A stretch of 36,857 bases of DNA from Polyangia bacterium. Its GTDB lineage: Bacteria; Myxococcota_A; Polyangia; Fen-1088. The DNA lies in the NCBI GenBank assembly GCA_035546895.1, contig DASZVW010000040.1:1-36857 (forward strand). Direction: 5' to 3'. Position numbers and translations under genes: made by a program. Of this stretch, positions 1 through 8,700 are shown in pieces; position 1 is the stretch's first letter; each line of letters begins with the position of its first letter. Below the pieces are notes generated by a model. The model saw only the letters and a list, made by a program, of their open reading frames with translations. It searched no databases and was not told the DNA's origin.

Positions 1-318
1 ATCAACGACCGGATGGTCTCCCGCATCCGGGCCGGCGACGCCGACGGCGCCGTCCGTGGCGGCGTCGACGCGCTCATCGCCGCCATCGGCGCCCCGGCCG
101 GCGGCGGCCCGGCCGCGCTCCACGTCCCCGTCTGGGAGCTCCTGGCGGGCGGCGTCCTGCTCCTGTTGTTGGTCATCTTCCTGGTGACTCACCCTGGGCT
201 GGCCTGGCTGCTGCTGACCAGCGTCGGCTCGGGACGCGGCGGCGGGGGCTTCGGGGGCGGCGGCTTCAGCGGCGGCGGCGGCCGCTCGGGCGGCGGAGGA
301 GCCTCCGGATCATGGTGA
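1..318 (+). CDS. TPM-domain (YgcG-like) membrane protein, C-terminal part; the 5' end lies outside the window
   Basis: Frame 1 is open from nt 1. A hydrophobic helix (LLAGGVLLLLLVIFLV) is followed by a Gly-rich tail (GRGGGGFGGGGFSGGGGRSGGGG), as is typical of TPM/YgcG proteins. The stop overlaps the next start (ATGGTGA, 312-318). Confidence 0.6.
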   Translation: MNDRMVSRIRAGDADGAVRGGVDALIAAIGAPAGGGPAALHVPVWELLAGGVLLLLLVIFLVTHPGLAWLLLTSVGSGRGGGGFGGGGFSGGGGRSGGGGASGSW

Positions 319-764
319 CGCAGGCGTCGTCGAAGTTGGTCCAGGGCATCGACGTGGCGCGCGTGGAGGCCGCCGTCGCCGCCGCCGAGCGCCTCACCTC
401 GGGCGAGGTGCGCGTCGCGATCTCGCGCTTCTACTTCTGGGGCGACGTCCGCCGCGCGGCGAACGCCACGTTCACTCGGCTACACATGGGGCGGACACGT
501 CACCGTAACGCCGTGCTGGTCTTCGTGGCCCCGCGTCGGCGCCGGTTCGCCGTGGTCGGCGACGTCGGCATTCACGCGCGGGTCGCCGATTCGTTCTGGC
601 GCGAGGTGGCGCGAGATCTCCAGGCCAGCTTCAAAGGCGGCGACCTCACGGTCGGGCTCGAGCGCGCCGTGGCGACCATCGGCGAGCGGCTGGCGGCGCA
701 CTTCCCCCCCGACCCCGGCGCGGGCAACGAGCTTTCGAACCGCGTCGTCAGTGGACGACGGTGA
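312..764 (+). CDS. TPM-domain protein (DUF477-like, soluble)
   Basis: 150-aa ORF. The motifs SGEVRVAI...HRNAVLVFVAPRRRRFAVVGDVGIH resemble the TPM phosphatase-like fold. It is translationally coupled to the preceding TPM gene. Confidence 0.65.
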   Translation: MVTQASSKLVQGIDVARVEAAVAAAERLTSGEVRVAISRFYFWGDVRRAANATFTRLHMGRTRHRNAVLVFVAPRRRRFAVVGDVGIHARVADSFWREVARDLQASFKGGDLTVGLERAVATIGERLAAHFPPDPGAGNELSNRVVSGRR

Positions 765-1179
765 CCGAGCAGCTCGCCGCGTTCATCACGTGCCCGCCGA
801 CGGAGCCGATGAGGAGGCGCGTTCCCAGACGGTGGCCGTGCCAACCGAGCACGATCAGATCCGCGCGCCGCTCGGCGGCCTCGCGGCAGATCACGTCGCC
901 GGGGCGGCCCATCTCGACGACCTGCTCGGCGTCGGGGAGACCGAACTCGCCGGCCAGCCGGGCGAGGTAGTCCGTCGCTTGCTTCATCCGCCTCGCGTAC
1001 TGCTCGGACAGCGGCGGATCGAAGTTGCCCAGGTCGCCTTCGGGGAAGGGCTCGATGACGTGGAGCAGGACCAGCCCGGCCTTGAAGGCCCTGGCCAGGT
1101 CCCGGCCGAACTCGAGCGCGCGCCAGGCGCCTTCGCTCCCGTCCACGGCGACCAGGATCCGGCCGACACTGGCCATCAC
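748..1179 (-). CDS. Universal stress protein (UspA family)
   Basis: RILVAVDGSEGA at the N-terminus and LIVLGWHGHRLGTRLLIGSVGGHVMNAASCSVTVV at the C-terminus match the USP ATP-binding G-2x-G-9x-G(S/T) region. Confidence 0.85.
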   Translation of the reverse strand: MMASVGRILVAVDGSEGAWRALEFGRDLARAFKAGLVLLHVIEPFPEGDLGNFDPPLSEQYARRMKQATDYLARLAGEFGLPDAEQVVEMGRPGDVICREAAERRADLIVLGWHGHRLGTRLLIGSVGGHVMNAASCSVTVVH

Positions 1180-1180
1180 A

Positions 1181-1636
1181 CTACGCCGCCTTCTTGGAGA
1201 AGGGGACGGTCAGGACTGGACAGCCCGCGTGCTGGACGACCCGCTCGGCGACGCTCCCGAGCAGGGCGTGGGCGAGCCCGCGGCGGCCGTGCGTCCCGAG
1301 CACCACGAAGTCGGCCCTCGCCTCCCGGGCTTCCCGGACGATCTCCTGGGAGGCGCCGCCCTCGAGCATCCGGGTGTAGCAGCGCAGCCCCGCCGCGGTC
1401 GCCCGCTCGGCGCGGACGGCCAGCTCCCGATCGACGAACGCCGCCAGCGCCCCCGGGTTGCCGACGTAGTTGATCAGACCGTAGGGGAACTGGCTGGAGT
1501 CGCCGAGCTCCAGGACGTGCACCAGCTCCAGCGTCGCGCCCGTCAGCTTGGCCAGCTCGAGCGCGTGGCCGAACGCCTCGTCGCTCGCCTCCGAGAAGTC
1601 GGTCGCCACCAGAATCCTCTTCGTCGCGGCTGTCAT
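1181..1636 (-). CDS. Universal stress protein (UspA family)
   Basis: KRILVATDFSEAS ... FVVLGTHGRRGLAHALLGSVAERVVQHAGCPVLTV. The start is set at ATG 1636 (MTAATKR) rather than at 1666, because a -24/-12 element occupies 1650-1665. Confidence 0.85.
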   Translation of the reverse strand: MTAATKRILVATDFSEASDEAFGHALELAKLTGATLELVHVLELGDSSQFPYGLINYVGNPGALAAFVDRELAVRAERATAAGLRCYTRMLEGGASQEIVREAREARADFVVLGTHGRRGLAHALLGSVAERVVQHAGCPVLTVPFSKKAA

Positions 1637-1649
1637 GGTCCCTGATGAT

Positions 1650-1665
1650 TGCAACGTTCGGACCA
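1650..1665 (-). promoter_or_regulatory. Candidate sigma-54 -24/-12 promoter, TGGTCCGAACGTTGCA
   Basis: GG and GC have the canonical spacing (consensus TGGCAC-N5-TTGCW). The -12 C at 1651 is 15 nt from ATG 1636. Confidence 0.55.
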
Positions 1666-1757
1666 CGGATGGGGATTGGCCGACGCCTCCTCTCGAGGCA
1701 GCCCCCGCAGTGGCTGCGCCCCGTCTCGACGGCCACGCAGGATCTGCGCGCCGCTCG

Positions 1758-3347
1758 CTAGGACGCTCGCCGTTCCGCCGCCGGCGAGATCCCGAAGTGC
1801 GTCAGCCGCGACAGGACGTCCTCGAGCGCGCCCGCGGGCGATCCCGCGGTGTCGACGGGAAGATGGGGCGTCGGATCGCCAGCGCCGCGCGGTTCGTAGT
1901 TCCGAAGAAACTGGTCGAGGAGTGATCCGCCGGCGTCCGACGTCGACGGCCCCGACTGACGCGCCGCCAACCGCGATCGCAGCACCTCCGAGGGGCAGCA
2001 GGCCTCCAGCCAGACGAAAGTTGCGTTCGCCGCGCGCGCCGCCTCCGCCGCGCGCCGCCGCCAGCGGGAGTTGGAGAACGTGGCGTCGAGGATGACGCCC
2101 CGACCGGCCTCGCGCACCTGCCCGGCCCGGCGGATGATCTCCTCGTAGGTCCGGTCTCGCGCCTCGAGGGTGTACGCGGCGGCGCCGGCGCGGGTGGTCG
2201 GCGGCAGGCCCGCCAGCACCTTCCTCGTCCGGTCCGAGCTGGCGACCGGGACGGCCAGCGCTCGACCGAGGCCGGCCGCGAGCGTGCTCTTGCCGCTGCC
2301 GATCGCCCCGCCGACGGCGATGAGGAACGGGCGATCGACCGGTTGGCCGGAAAAAGACCGGGCCAACCCGAAGCATCGCCGGGCCTCGTCTCGCTTGGCG
2401 GCGCGCAGCGCGCCGGGCGCCGTCGGGTCGCCGGCCACGAACGTCGCCACTTTGCCGCGCACCCAGGCCCGATACGACAAGTAGAAGTCGAGCACGCCGT
2501 AGAGGCCGTAGTCGTCGCTCGCCTCGGCGAAGCGGGCCAGGAAGCCGGCCGCGAGATCGGGGCGCCCCGCGGCTTCGAGCTCCATCGACAGGAAGGCCAG
2601 CTCCGCCGCGACGTCGCCGCAACGGAACCTTTCGTTGAACTCGACGCAGTCGATGACCACCGGCTCGAGGTAGCCGTCTCGCCCCGGGAGAAAGTAGACG
2701 TGCTCCAGCCGGAGGTCGCCGTGCCCTTCCCGGACGCGATCCTCCGTCAGGCGCGCGATGAAGCGATCGTGATGCCGTGTCAGCCGGCTCCGCTGAAAGG
2801 CCTGCACGTCGTCGAACGTCCCCCGCTCCAGCAGATCGCCGACGAACGGCGCCACCTGAGAGAAGTTCTCGTCGAGATTCCGGCCGAGCGCGGTGGGCGT
2901 TCCGAAGGCCGGCGCGGGCGGCGCCTCGTCGAAAAAGGCGATCAGCCGCTCGGCCAAGGTCGCCAGCAGCCGGGCGTCGAGCTGCCCCCGCGCCAGGAGC
3001 GCCGAGGCGCTCGCCTCGTCGGGCAGCCGTCGCATCCGCACCGCCCAGTCGACGATCGGCCCCTCCCCCACGATTCCGCAGCCCGAGGGCGTGCGGCGGA
3101 CGGGAACGACGCCCAAGTATACGTCGGGGGCCAGACGCCTGTTCAGCCGCACCTCTTCCTCGCAATCGAGACGGCGGGCCTCGATGGTGCGGAAGTCGAG
3201 GAATCCCAGGTCGACCGGACGCTTGACCTTCCAGACGTCTCGGTCGGTGATGAACACCCACGAGGCGTGAGTCGTCTCCAGTCGGACGTCGCCCGGATCG
3301 GGCTCGTACGCTTCGCGTCGCAGGAGCTCGCGTGCGATGTCGGGCAT
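1758..3347 (-). CDS. Bifunctional aminoglycoside-phosphotransferase-like / P-loop ATP-binding protein (Rv2004c-like)
   Basis: The N-terminal half has a kinase-like HGDLRLEHVYF catalytic-loop motif. The C-terminal half has a Walker A motif (GGAIGSGKSTLA). A GGAGG Shine-Dalgarno (SD) sequence lies 5 nt before ATG 3347. Confidence 0.85.
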   Translation of the reverse strand: MPDIARELLRREAYEPDPGDVRLETTHASWVFITDRDVWKVKRPVDLGFLDFRTIEARRLDCEEEVRLNRRLAPDVYLGVVPVRRTPSGCGIVGEGPIVDWAVRMRRLPDEASASALLARGQLDARLLATLAERLIAFFDEAPPAPAFGTPTALGRNLDENFSQVAPFVGDLLERGTFDDVQAFQRSRLTRHHDRFIARLTEDRVREGHGDLRLEHVYFLPGRDGYLEPVVIDCVEFNERFRCGDVAAELAFLSMELEAAGRPDLAAGFLARFAEASDDYGLYGVLDFYLSYRAWVRGKVATFVAGDPTAPGALRAAKRDEARRCFGLARSFSGQPVDRPFLIAVGGAIGSGKSTLAAGLGRALAVPVASSDRTRKVLAGLPPTTRAGAAAYTLEARDRTYEEIIRRAGQVREAGRGVILDATFSNSRWRRRAAEAARAANATFVWLEACCPSEVLRSRLAARQSGPSTSDAGGSLLDQFLRNYEPRGAGDPTPHLPVDTAGSPAGALEDVLSRLTHFGISPAAERRAS

Positions 3348-3370
3348 GCCGTCCTCCGCCTGACCGGCGA

Positions 3371-4087
3371 TCAGGCGGCAGCCGCCCCGGACCCGCCCTC
3401 CAGCGCGTCGCGAATCGCCGCCTTCAGGTTTAATTCGATCTGCCGGATCCGCTCCCCCGACACGGCCACGCGTCTCGCGACCGCGCGGAGCGGGATCGGC
3501 TCGTCGGCCAGCACCCGCTGCCGCAAGATCGTGAGGTCGCGGCCATTCAGGCGGCGTTCGAGACTCCTGGCCGCCGCGCGCGCCTTTCGGGTGAGCTCCG
3601 CCCTCTCGAGCCGGCGATCGGGCGCCGGGGCCGGATCCGCGATGAGCTCACCGAGGGGAGCACGGTCGCGCGCGACGGGTGCGTCCCAGGATACGTCCGT
3701 CGCACCGACGATACCGCGGAAGAAGGCCGCCCGTTCGGCCCGCGTCCGGACCGCACGCACGATCCGGACGTTATCCATCTTGTACTTGTGGATGTACGCC
3801 CGTATCCAAAAGGCAGCATAGGTCGAAAGCCGTGCCCCCTGCGCCGGATCGAAGCGGCGGAGCCCTTCGACGAGCCCCACACATCCCTCCGAGAAGAGAT
3901 CGTCGAAGCTCCGCCCGCGGGTCCTGTCGAGCTGGTGGGCGATCTTGGCCACCAGCCGCAGATTGGTCTCGACCAGCCTCTTCTCGATGCGCGGATCCTT
4001 GCTCTCGCGATATTCGACGATCAGCCGCAGTTGCTCGTCCGCGGGCAAGGGACGGGTGCCCGGATGACTCAAGAGTCGCTGGATCAT
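3371..4087 (-). CDS. Sigma-70 family alternative sigma factor, sigma-32 (RpoH)-like
   Basis: Region 2 reads DLFSEGCVGLVEGLRRFDPAQGARLSTYAAFWIRAYIHKY. It is followed by an RpoH-box-like segment (VRIVRAVRTRAERAAFFRG) and a region 4 HTH (PLRAVARRVAVSGERIRQIE). The ATG (4087-4085) overlaps the TGA (4086-4084) of the upstream ATPase. Confidence 0.85.
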   Translation of the reverse strand: MIQRLLSHPGTRPLPADEQLRLIVEYRESKDPRIEKRLVETNLRLVAKIAHQLDRTRGRSFDDLFSEGCVGLVEGLRRFDPAQGARLSTYAAFWIRAYIHKYKMDNVRIVRAVRTRAERAAFFRGIVGATDVSWDAPVARDRAPLGELIADPAPAPDRRLERAELTRKARAAARSLERRLNGRDLTILRQRVLADEPIPLRAVARRVAVSGERIRQIELNLKAAIRDALEGGSGAAAA

Positions 4088-6651
4088 GGTTCCGACCGAT
4101 GCAGCCCGGATGCCAACCGCATCCGCACTCCCGGCTTGTGAGCAGTCGCGTAGAACCACCGCTTCAGGATCTCGGCCGAGACCACATAGATGAGGACGAT
4201 AGCGGCGATGAGCAGCAGAACCATCGGCTGCGGCGGGGCGAGGCCGAGCGGCCGGGCGAGCGGGCTGAACGGGAGCAGCACGGTCGCGCCGAGACAGAAC
4301 GCGGTCGCCTTCAAGAGACTGCGCCCGGGCCGACTGCGGCCGAGCGGCAGCCGGCTCCTCACCACCAGGACCACCGAGGCGGCGGAGACGACCGACTCGA
4401 CGAACCAGGCCGTTCGGAAGGCGACCGGTCGCGCGCCGAAGAGGAACAACAACGCGCCGAACGTCAGGTAATCGAAGACCGAGCTCAAGAGGCCGAAGGC
4501 GACCATGAAGCGCCGCACGAGGCGGATGTCCCAGCGCCGGGGCCGATCGGTCGCCTCGTCGTCGACGTTGTCGGAGGCGATCGCCATCTCCGGAAGGTCG
4601 GTGAGCAGGTTGGTGAGCAGGACCTGCTTGGGGACCAGCGGCAGGAACGGAAGGAACAGCGATGCCCCCGCCATGCTGAACATGTTGCCGAAGTTCGCGC
4701 TGGTCGCCATGAACACATACTTGAGTGTGTTGGCGAAGGTGCGCCGCCCCTCGCGCAGCCCGCGGGCCACCACGCCCAGCTCCTTCTCCAGCAGCACGAT
4801 GTCGGCCGCCTCCCGCGCCACGTCGGCGGCGCCCGCCACCGAGATCCCCACGTCGGCGGCGTGGAGCGCTGGCGCGTCGTTGATGCCGTCGCCGATGAAC
4901 CCCACCACCTGGCCCGATCGGCGCAGCGCCGCCACGATCTGCTCCTTCTGGGTGGGCTCGACCTCCGCGAAGATGTCGACCGTGCGGCTCAGCGCGGGGA
5001 GCGCCGACGCCGCCGCCGTCCGCAGCTCGGCCCCGGTCTTGATGACCGCGTTCGGTAAGCCGATGGCCCGAGCGAGCGCCCGAGCGGCTACCGCGTTGTC
5101 GCCGGTGACGATCTTCACCGTGACACCCAGGCTCCCGAGCTCGTCCAGCGCCGCCCGGACGTCGGGCTTGGGCGCGTCGTGGAAGCGGACCAGCCCCGCG
5201 AAGGTCATCCCGCGTTCGTCTTCGCGGGTGACGCGCGCGGTTCCGGGGAGAGATCGATAGGCCACCGCGATGACGCGCAGGCCGTCCTCGCAAGACCGGT
5301 TGAACTCGGCCTCGATCGTGTCGCGCCGGCCGCCGAGGGGAACGACGCCGGCGGAGGTCTCGACGCTCTCGCAGGCCTCCAGCACCGTGGCGACCGCCCC
5401 CTTGGTGACGAGCAGACCGCCCTCGACGTCGAGGAGCACCGAGAGGCGGCGGCGGACGAAGTCGAAGGGGATCTCGTCGCGCTTCTGCGCCGGCTCGACC
5501 GGGCAGACTGCCAGCCCCCGCAGCGCCTCGTCGAGCGGGCTCGCGTAGCCGGTCTCGTGAGCCGCATTGAGGAAGGCGAGCCGGCGCACCCGCGCGCTCT
5601 CCCCGCCCTCGGCGTCGACCGCCCCCTCGAAGGTGAGCCGCCCCTCGGTCAAGGTGCCGGTCTTGTCGCAGCAGAGGACGGTCATGCTCCCGAGGTTCTC
5701 GATCGAGGCCAGCCGGCGGACGATGGTCTTCTCGGCGGCCATACGGGAGGCGCCGCGGGCTAGGTTGACCGCCACGATGGCCGGCAGGAGCTGCGGCGTC
5801 AGGCCGATCGCCAGCGTCAGCGAGAACATCAGCGACTCGAGCACCGGCCGATGGAAGGCCACGTTGGCGGCGAAGATGCCGAGCACGAGCAACAGCGTGA
5901 CCTCCATCAGGAGGTAGCCGAAGCGCCGCAGCCCCCGCTCGAAGTCGGTCTCCGGCGCGCGGGTGGCGACGTGGGCCGCGACGCGCCCCAGCTCCGTCCG
6001 CGGCCCCGTCCTGACGATGGCCATCCGCGCGGCGCCGCTGATGACGTGGGTCCCGAGGAACACCGCGCCCGTCCGTCGGGCGAGCGGCGTCTCCGCGGCG
6101 CTGGGGCCCGGCGCCTTCTCGGCCGGCTCGCTCTCGCCGGTCAGCGCCGCCTCGGAGACGAAGAGATCGCGCGCCTCCAAGAGGACGCCGTCACCAGGCA
6201 CGCTGCGGCCGGCGCTGAGCAAGGCGACGTCGCCGGGGACCACCTCGGCGATCGGGACCTCGCACGTCCGGCCGTCCCGCACCACCTGCGCCCGGGTCGC
6301 GACCTGGGCCAGGAGGCGCTGGACCGCCTGGGACGCGCCGTGCTCTTGCCAGACGCCCAGCGTCGCCGAGGCCGCCACGATGGCCAGCACGATGCCGGCA
6401 TCGCTGGCGTCGCCGAGAAAGAACGCCAGCACCGTCGCCGCGAGGAGGATGAGGACGATCGGGCTCCCGAGCTGGCCGACGATCAGCGCCGGCATGTCGG
6501 TCCGCCGGCGCGCAACCAGCAAGTTGGGACCCCTCTCGTGGAGGCGGCGCTCCGCCTCCTCCTGCCCCAGCCCCGAGGCTGCCGACCCCAGGCACTCGAG
6601 CACCTCGGCCGGCGCTTGCGCCCAGAAGGTGTCGCTCTCCCCGCCGCTCAC
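4084..6651 (-). CDS. mgtA: P-type ATPase, MgtA-like (type IIIB magnesium-importing family)
   Basis: Motifs seen: DLFVSEAALTGESEPAEK, the phosphorylation site CCDKTGTLTEG, TGDN and GDGINDAPAL. GTG start at 6651. The ion specificity is inferred from resemblance to the MgtA motif only. Confidence 0.85.
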   Translation of the reverse strand: MSGGESDTFWAQAPAEVLECLGSAASGLGQEEAERRLHERGPNLLVARRRTDMPALIVGQLGSPIVLILLAATVLAFFLGDASDAGIVLAIVAASATLGVWQEHGASQAVQRLLAQVATRAQVVRDGRTCEVPIAEVVPGDVALLSAGRSVPGDGVLLEARDLFVSEAALTGESEPAEKAPGPSAAETPLARRTGAVFLGTHVISGAARMAIVRTGPRTELGRVAAHVATRAPETDFERGLRRFGYLLMEVTLLLVLGIFAANVAFHRPVLESLMFSLTLAIGLTPQLLPAIVAVNLARGASRMAAEKTIVRRLASIENLGSMTVLCCDKTGTLTEGRLTFEGAVDAEGGESARVRRLAFLNAAHETGYASPLDEALRGLAVCPVEPAQKRDEIPFDFVRRRLSVLLDVEGGLLVTKGAVATVLEACESVETSAGVVPLGGRRDTIEAEFNRSCEDGLRVIAVAYRSLPGTARVTREDERGMTFAGLVRFHDAPKPDVRAALDELGSLGVTVKIVTGDNAVAARALARAIGLPNAVIKTGAELRTAAASALPALSRTVDIFAEVEPTQKEQIVAALRRSGQVVGFIGDGINDAPALHAADVGISVAGAADVAREAADIVLLEKELGVVARGLREGRRTFANTLKYVFMATSANFGNMFSMAGASLFLPFLPLVPKQVLLTNLLTDLPEMAIASDNVDDEATDRPRRWDIRLVRRFMVAFGLLSSVFDYLTFGALLFLFGARPVAFRTAWFVESVVSAASVVLVVRSRLPLGRSRPGRSLLKATAFCLGATVLLPFSPLARPLGLAPPQPMVLLLIAAIVLIYVVSAEILKRWFYATAHKPGVRMRLASGLHRSEP

Positions 6652-6678
6652 GCGCGAATCCTAACGCCCGCCGGACGA

Positions 6679-7053
6679 CTAAGCCGCCAGGGGAATCCCG
6701 CCCTCTTCCGGAACCGACGCCGGCGGCGTAGCGGGAAGCGACACGAGCCGGTGGACGCGGGGCGACGCGCTGAAGGGTCCCGCCGCGCAGGTGAACATGG
6801 TGACGCCCCAGGAGACCGCGACGACCTTCTCCAGCAGCGTCGAGGGGAAAATGAACCCGGTCAACGCCACCCAGCCGGCGACCATGCCGACCGCGACGGT
6901 GACACGCCGGCCGGCCAGCGAGAACGCCGACAGGACGACCGCCAGCGAACCGGCGATCAGGTCGTTGGCCGTGTGGGCGGGGCCGAGGGAGAGGATCAGC
7001 GCCGCGGTGGGCAACCAGGGGGCGATGAGGATGGCGAGCGCGCGAGAGAACAT
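6679..7053 (-). CDS. Small polytopic membrane protein (possibly SPW-repeat-like)
   Basis: 124 aa with 3-4 hydrophobic segments (ILIAPWLPTAALILSL, LIAGSLAVVLSAFSL, VGMVAGWVALTGFIF). An AGGAGG SD lies 5 nt before ATG 7053. The family assignment is weak. Confidence 0.55.
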   Translation of the reverse strand: MFSRALAILIAPWLPTAALILSLGPAHTANDLIAGSLAVVLSAFSLAGRRVTVAVGMVAGWVALTGFIFPSTLLEKVVAVSWGVTMFTCAAGPFSASPRVHRLVSLPATPPASVPEEGGIPLAA

Positions 7054-7084
7054 GGGGGCCTCCTATGGGTTCCCTCTCTCGCTG

Positions 7085-7100
7085 TGCAACCCGCGTTCCC
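7085..7100 (-). promoter_or_regulatory. Candidate sigma-54 -24/-12 promoter, GGGAACGCGGGTTGCA
   Basis: Correct GG-N10-GC spacing with a perfect TTGCA. It sits 32 nt upstream of ATG 7053, so the predicted leader contains the AGGAGG SD. It heads the membrane protein-mgtA-sigma-kinase gene string. Confidence 0.45.
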
Positions 7101-7206
7101 ATCGAAAGCCCGGCCCGGCGAATGGAAAGTCCGCATCCACTTCGTCGATGCCGCCCGCGCGCGCAGAAAGTGCGCGCCCGCCGCACGAACTCCGCATCCC
7201 CTAGCT

Positions 7207-7222
7207 TGGCATCGAGGTTGCG
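7207..7222 (+). promoter_or_regulatory. Candidate sigma-54 -24/-12 promoter, TGGCATCGAGGTTGCG
   Basis: Near-consensus match. The -12 C at 7221 is 14 nt from GTG 7235 of the CBS gene. Confidence 0.6.
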
Positions 7223-7234
7223 TTACCTCGGGCC

Positions 7235-7660
7235 GTGACCGCCCAACGCCCCACACTCCAATTCCCCGTCGTGCGCCAGTACATGACCGCCGCCCCGCAC
7301 ACCATCGGGCGGACCCGCTCTCTGTCCACCGCCCGTCGCCTGATGGTGGACCGGCACGTGCGCCACCTGCCGGTCCTGGACGGCGGCCGGGTGGTGGGCC
7401 TGCTCTCCGAACGCGACCTCTTCCTGGTGGAGTCGCTCCCCGGCGTCAACCCGACCGACGTTCGCGTCGAAGAGGCGATGGTCGAGGACGTCTTCACCGT
7501 GGCGCCCGACGCGCCGATCGGCGAGGCGGTCGAGACCATGATCGCGCGCAAGCTCGGGTCGGCGGTGGTCAGCGATGGCGAGCGGGTGGTCGGCGTCTTC
7601 ACCACCATCGACGCACTACAGGCGCTGCACGAGCTGCTCGAGGCGCCAGGAGGCGAATGA
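7235..7660 (+). CDS. CBS-domain pair protein
   Basis: Two CBS repeats: VRQYMTAAPHTIGRTRSLSTARRLMVDRHVRHLPVLDGGRVVGLLSERDL and VEEAMVEDVFTVAPDAPIGEAVETMIARKLGSAVVSDGERVVGVFTTID. Confidence 0.85.
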   Translation: MTAQRPTLQFPVVRQYMTAAPHTIGRTRSLSTARRLMVDRHVRHLPVLDGGRVVGLLSERDLFLVESLPGVNPTDVRVEEAMVEDVFTVAPDAPIGEAVETMIARKLGSAVVSDGERVVGVFTTIDALQALHELLEAPGGE

Positions 7661-8673
7661 CCATGTCGACCATCACCACAGAGCGTTCAAACCTCGAAGA
7701 ATCGATCCAGACGATCCTGGGCGGCGATCACCGGCGGCTAGAGAAGTCGTTCGAGTCGGTCGTCGCCGCCTCCACCTACTACGATCCGGAGGATCTGCGG
7801 GAGCTGTGGCAGAGGTTCGAACGGGAGCTCCTCGCCCACCTCGACGCCGAGGAGGCTCACGTCCTGCCGCTCTTCGGCCAGTCCGAACCGGAGGCGGCGC
7901 GCGAGCTCCTGGACCAGCACGTACGGATCCGGGAGCACCTCCTGACGCAGGCGATCGACCTCGATCTGCACAGCCTCAGACCCGAGCAGGTGAGAGACTT
8001 CATCGGCGAGCTGCGGACCCACGCGGCGCGGGAGGAGCTGCTCCTCTATCCCTGGGCGGCCCGGCAGCTCGGGAAGGTCACGGGCGCCCACCTGCGGCGA
8101 GCCCTGGCGGCCGGCAAGACGCCGCCCCTGCGCGAGCACGACTGGCGCATCGACGGCGAGCGCTCCGCGCTCAGCTTCTGGCTCCGGCACGTCGTCGTGC
8201 ACGAGATCAAGGGAACGTTCACCCGCTGGGGCGGGACCATCACCCTCGACGAGGTCGATCCCACCCGGTCTCGGGTGCGCGTGTGGGTCGATCTCGCCAG
8301 CATCGACACGGCCGATCCCGCGCGCGACGCCCAAGTCCGGTCGGCCGAGTTCTTCGACGTCGCGCGCTTCCCGCGCGCTGTCTTCGCCAGCACCGAGATC
8401 CGGCTGCCCGACGCCGGCAACCCCGTGGTCCGCGGCCGGCTCCGCCTGCACGGCGCCGAACGCGACGTCGATCTGGAGATCTTCCAGCGCGACGAGCACC
8501 TCGACCGCGAAGGGAACGAGCGTGCCGTCTACTCGGTGAAAGGGCGCCTCGATCGGCGGGACTTCGGGCTTCGCTGGAACCAGGATCTGGACGTCGGCGG
8601 GGTGGTGGTCGGCGACCAGGTGCAGATCGAGGCGCACGTCGAGGTGGTCCGCCGCAGGCGCGCGCGACCCTGA
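7657..8673 (+). CDS. Hemerythrin-like (HHE cation-binding) domain fused to a YceI-like domain
   Basis: The start ATG 7657 overlaps the CBS stop (ATGA). The N-terminal ~130 aa carry spaced H/E helices (DHRRLEKSF...HLDAEEAHVLP...HVRIREHL...HAAREELLLYP). The C-terminal part is YceI-like (FWLRHVVVHEIKGTFTRWGGTI...VDLASIDTADPARDAQVRSAEFFDVARFP...RLHGAERDV). Confidence 0.8.
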   Translation: MTMSTITTERSNLEESIQTILGGDHRRLEKSFESVVAASTYYDPEDLRELWQRFERELLAHLDAEEAHVLPLFGQSEPEAARELLDQHVRIREHLLTQAIDLDLHSLRPEQVRDFIGELRTHAAREELLLYPWAARQLGKVTGAHLRRALAAGKTPPLREHDWRIDGERSALSFWLRHVVVHEIKGTFTRWGGTITLDEVDPTRSRVRVWVDLASIDTADPARDAQVRSAEFFDVARFPRAVFASTEIRLPDAGNPVVRGRLRLHGAERDVDLEIFQRDEHLDREGNERAVYSVKGRLDRRDFGLRWNQDLDVGGVVVGDQVQIEAHVEVVRRRRARP

Positions 8674-8700
8674 GCCCGGGAAATCAGATGACCGGGCTCA
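8671..8700. terminator. 9-bp GC-rich hairpin between convergent genes (possible bidirectional terminator)
   Basis: TGAGCCCGG-gaaatcagatga-CCGGGCTCA. It begins in the stop codon of the hemerythrin-YceI gene. There is no U-tract on either strand. Confidence 0.3.

Noticed and set aside
7085-7100. Reading the GGGAAC boxes (here and at 21780-21785) as ECF-sigma -35 elements (GGAAC).
   Set aside because: No CGT-type -10 is found at the 16-17 nt spacing. By contrast, the TTGCA at the exact sigma-54 spacing is perfect in both cases.
5851-7656. The first ~600 codons of the 940-aa plus-strand ORF (5851-8673).
   Set aside because: The translation is Arg/Gly/Pro-rich and low-complexity. It runs antisense to the well-supported mgtA and membrane-protein genes and across an intergenic region. 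Only the portion from ATG 7657 looks like a real protein. Long spurious ORFs are expected at this GC content.
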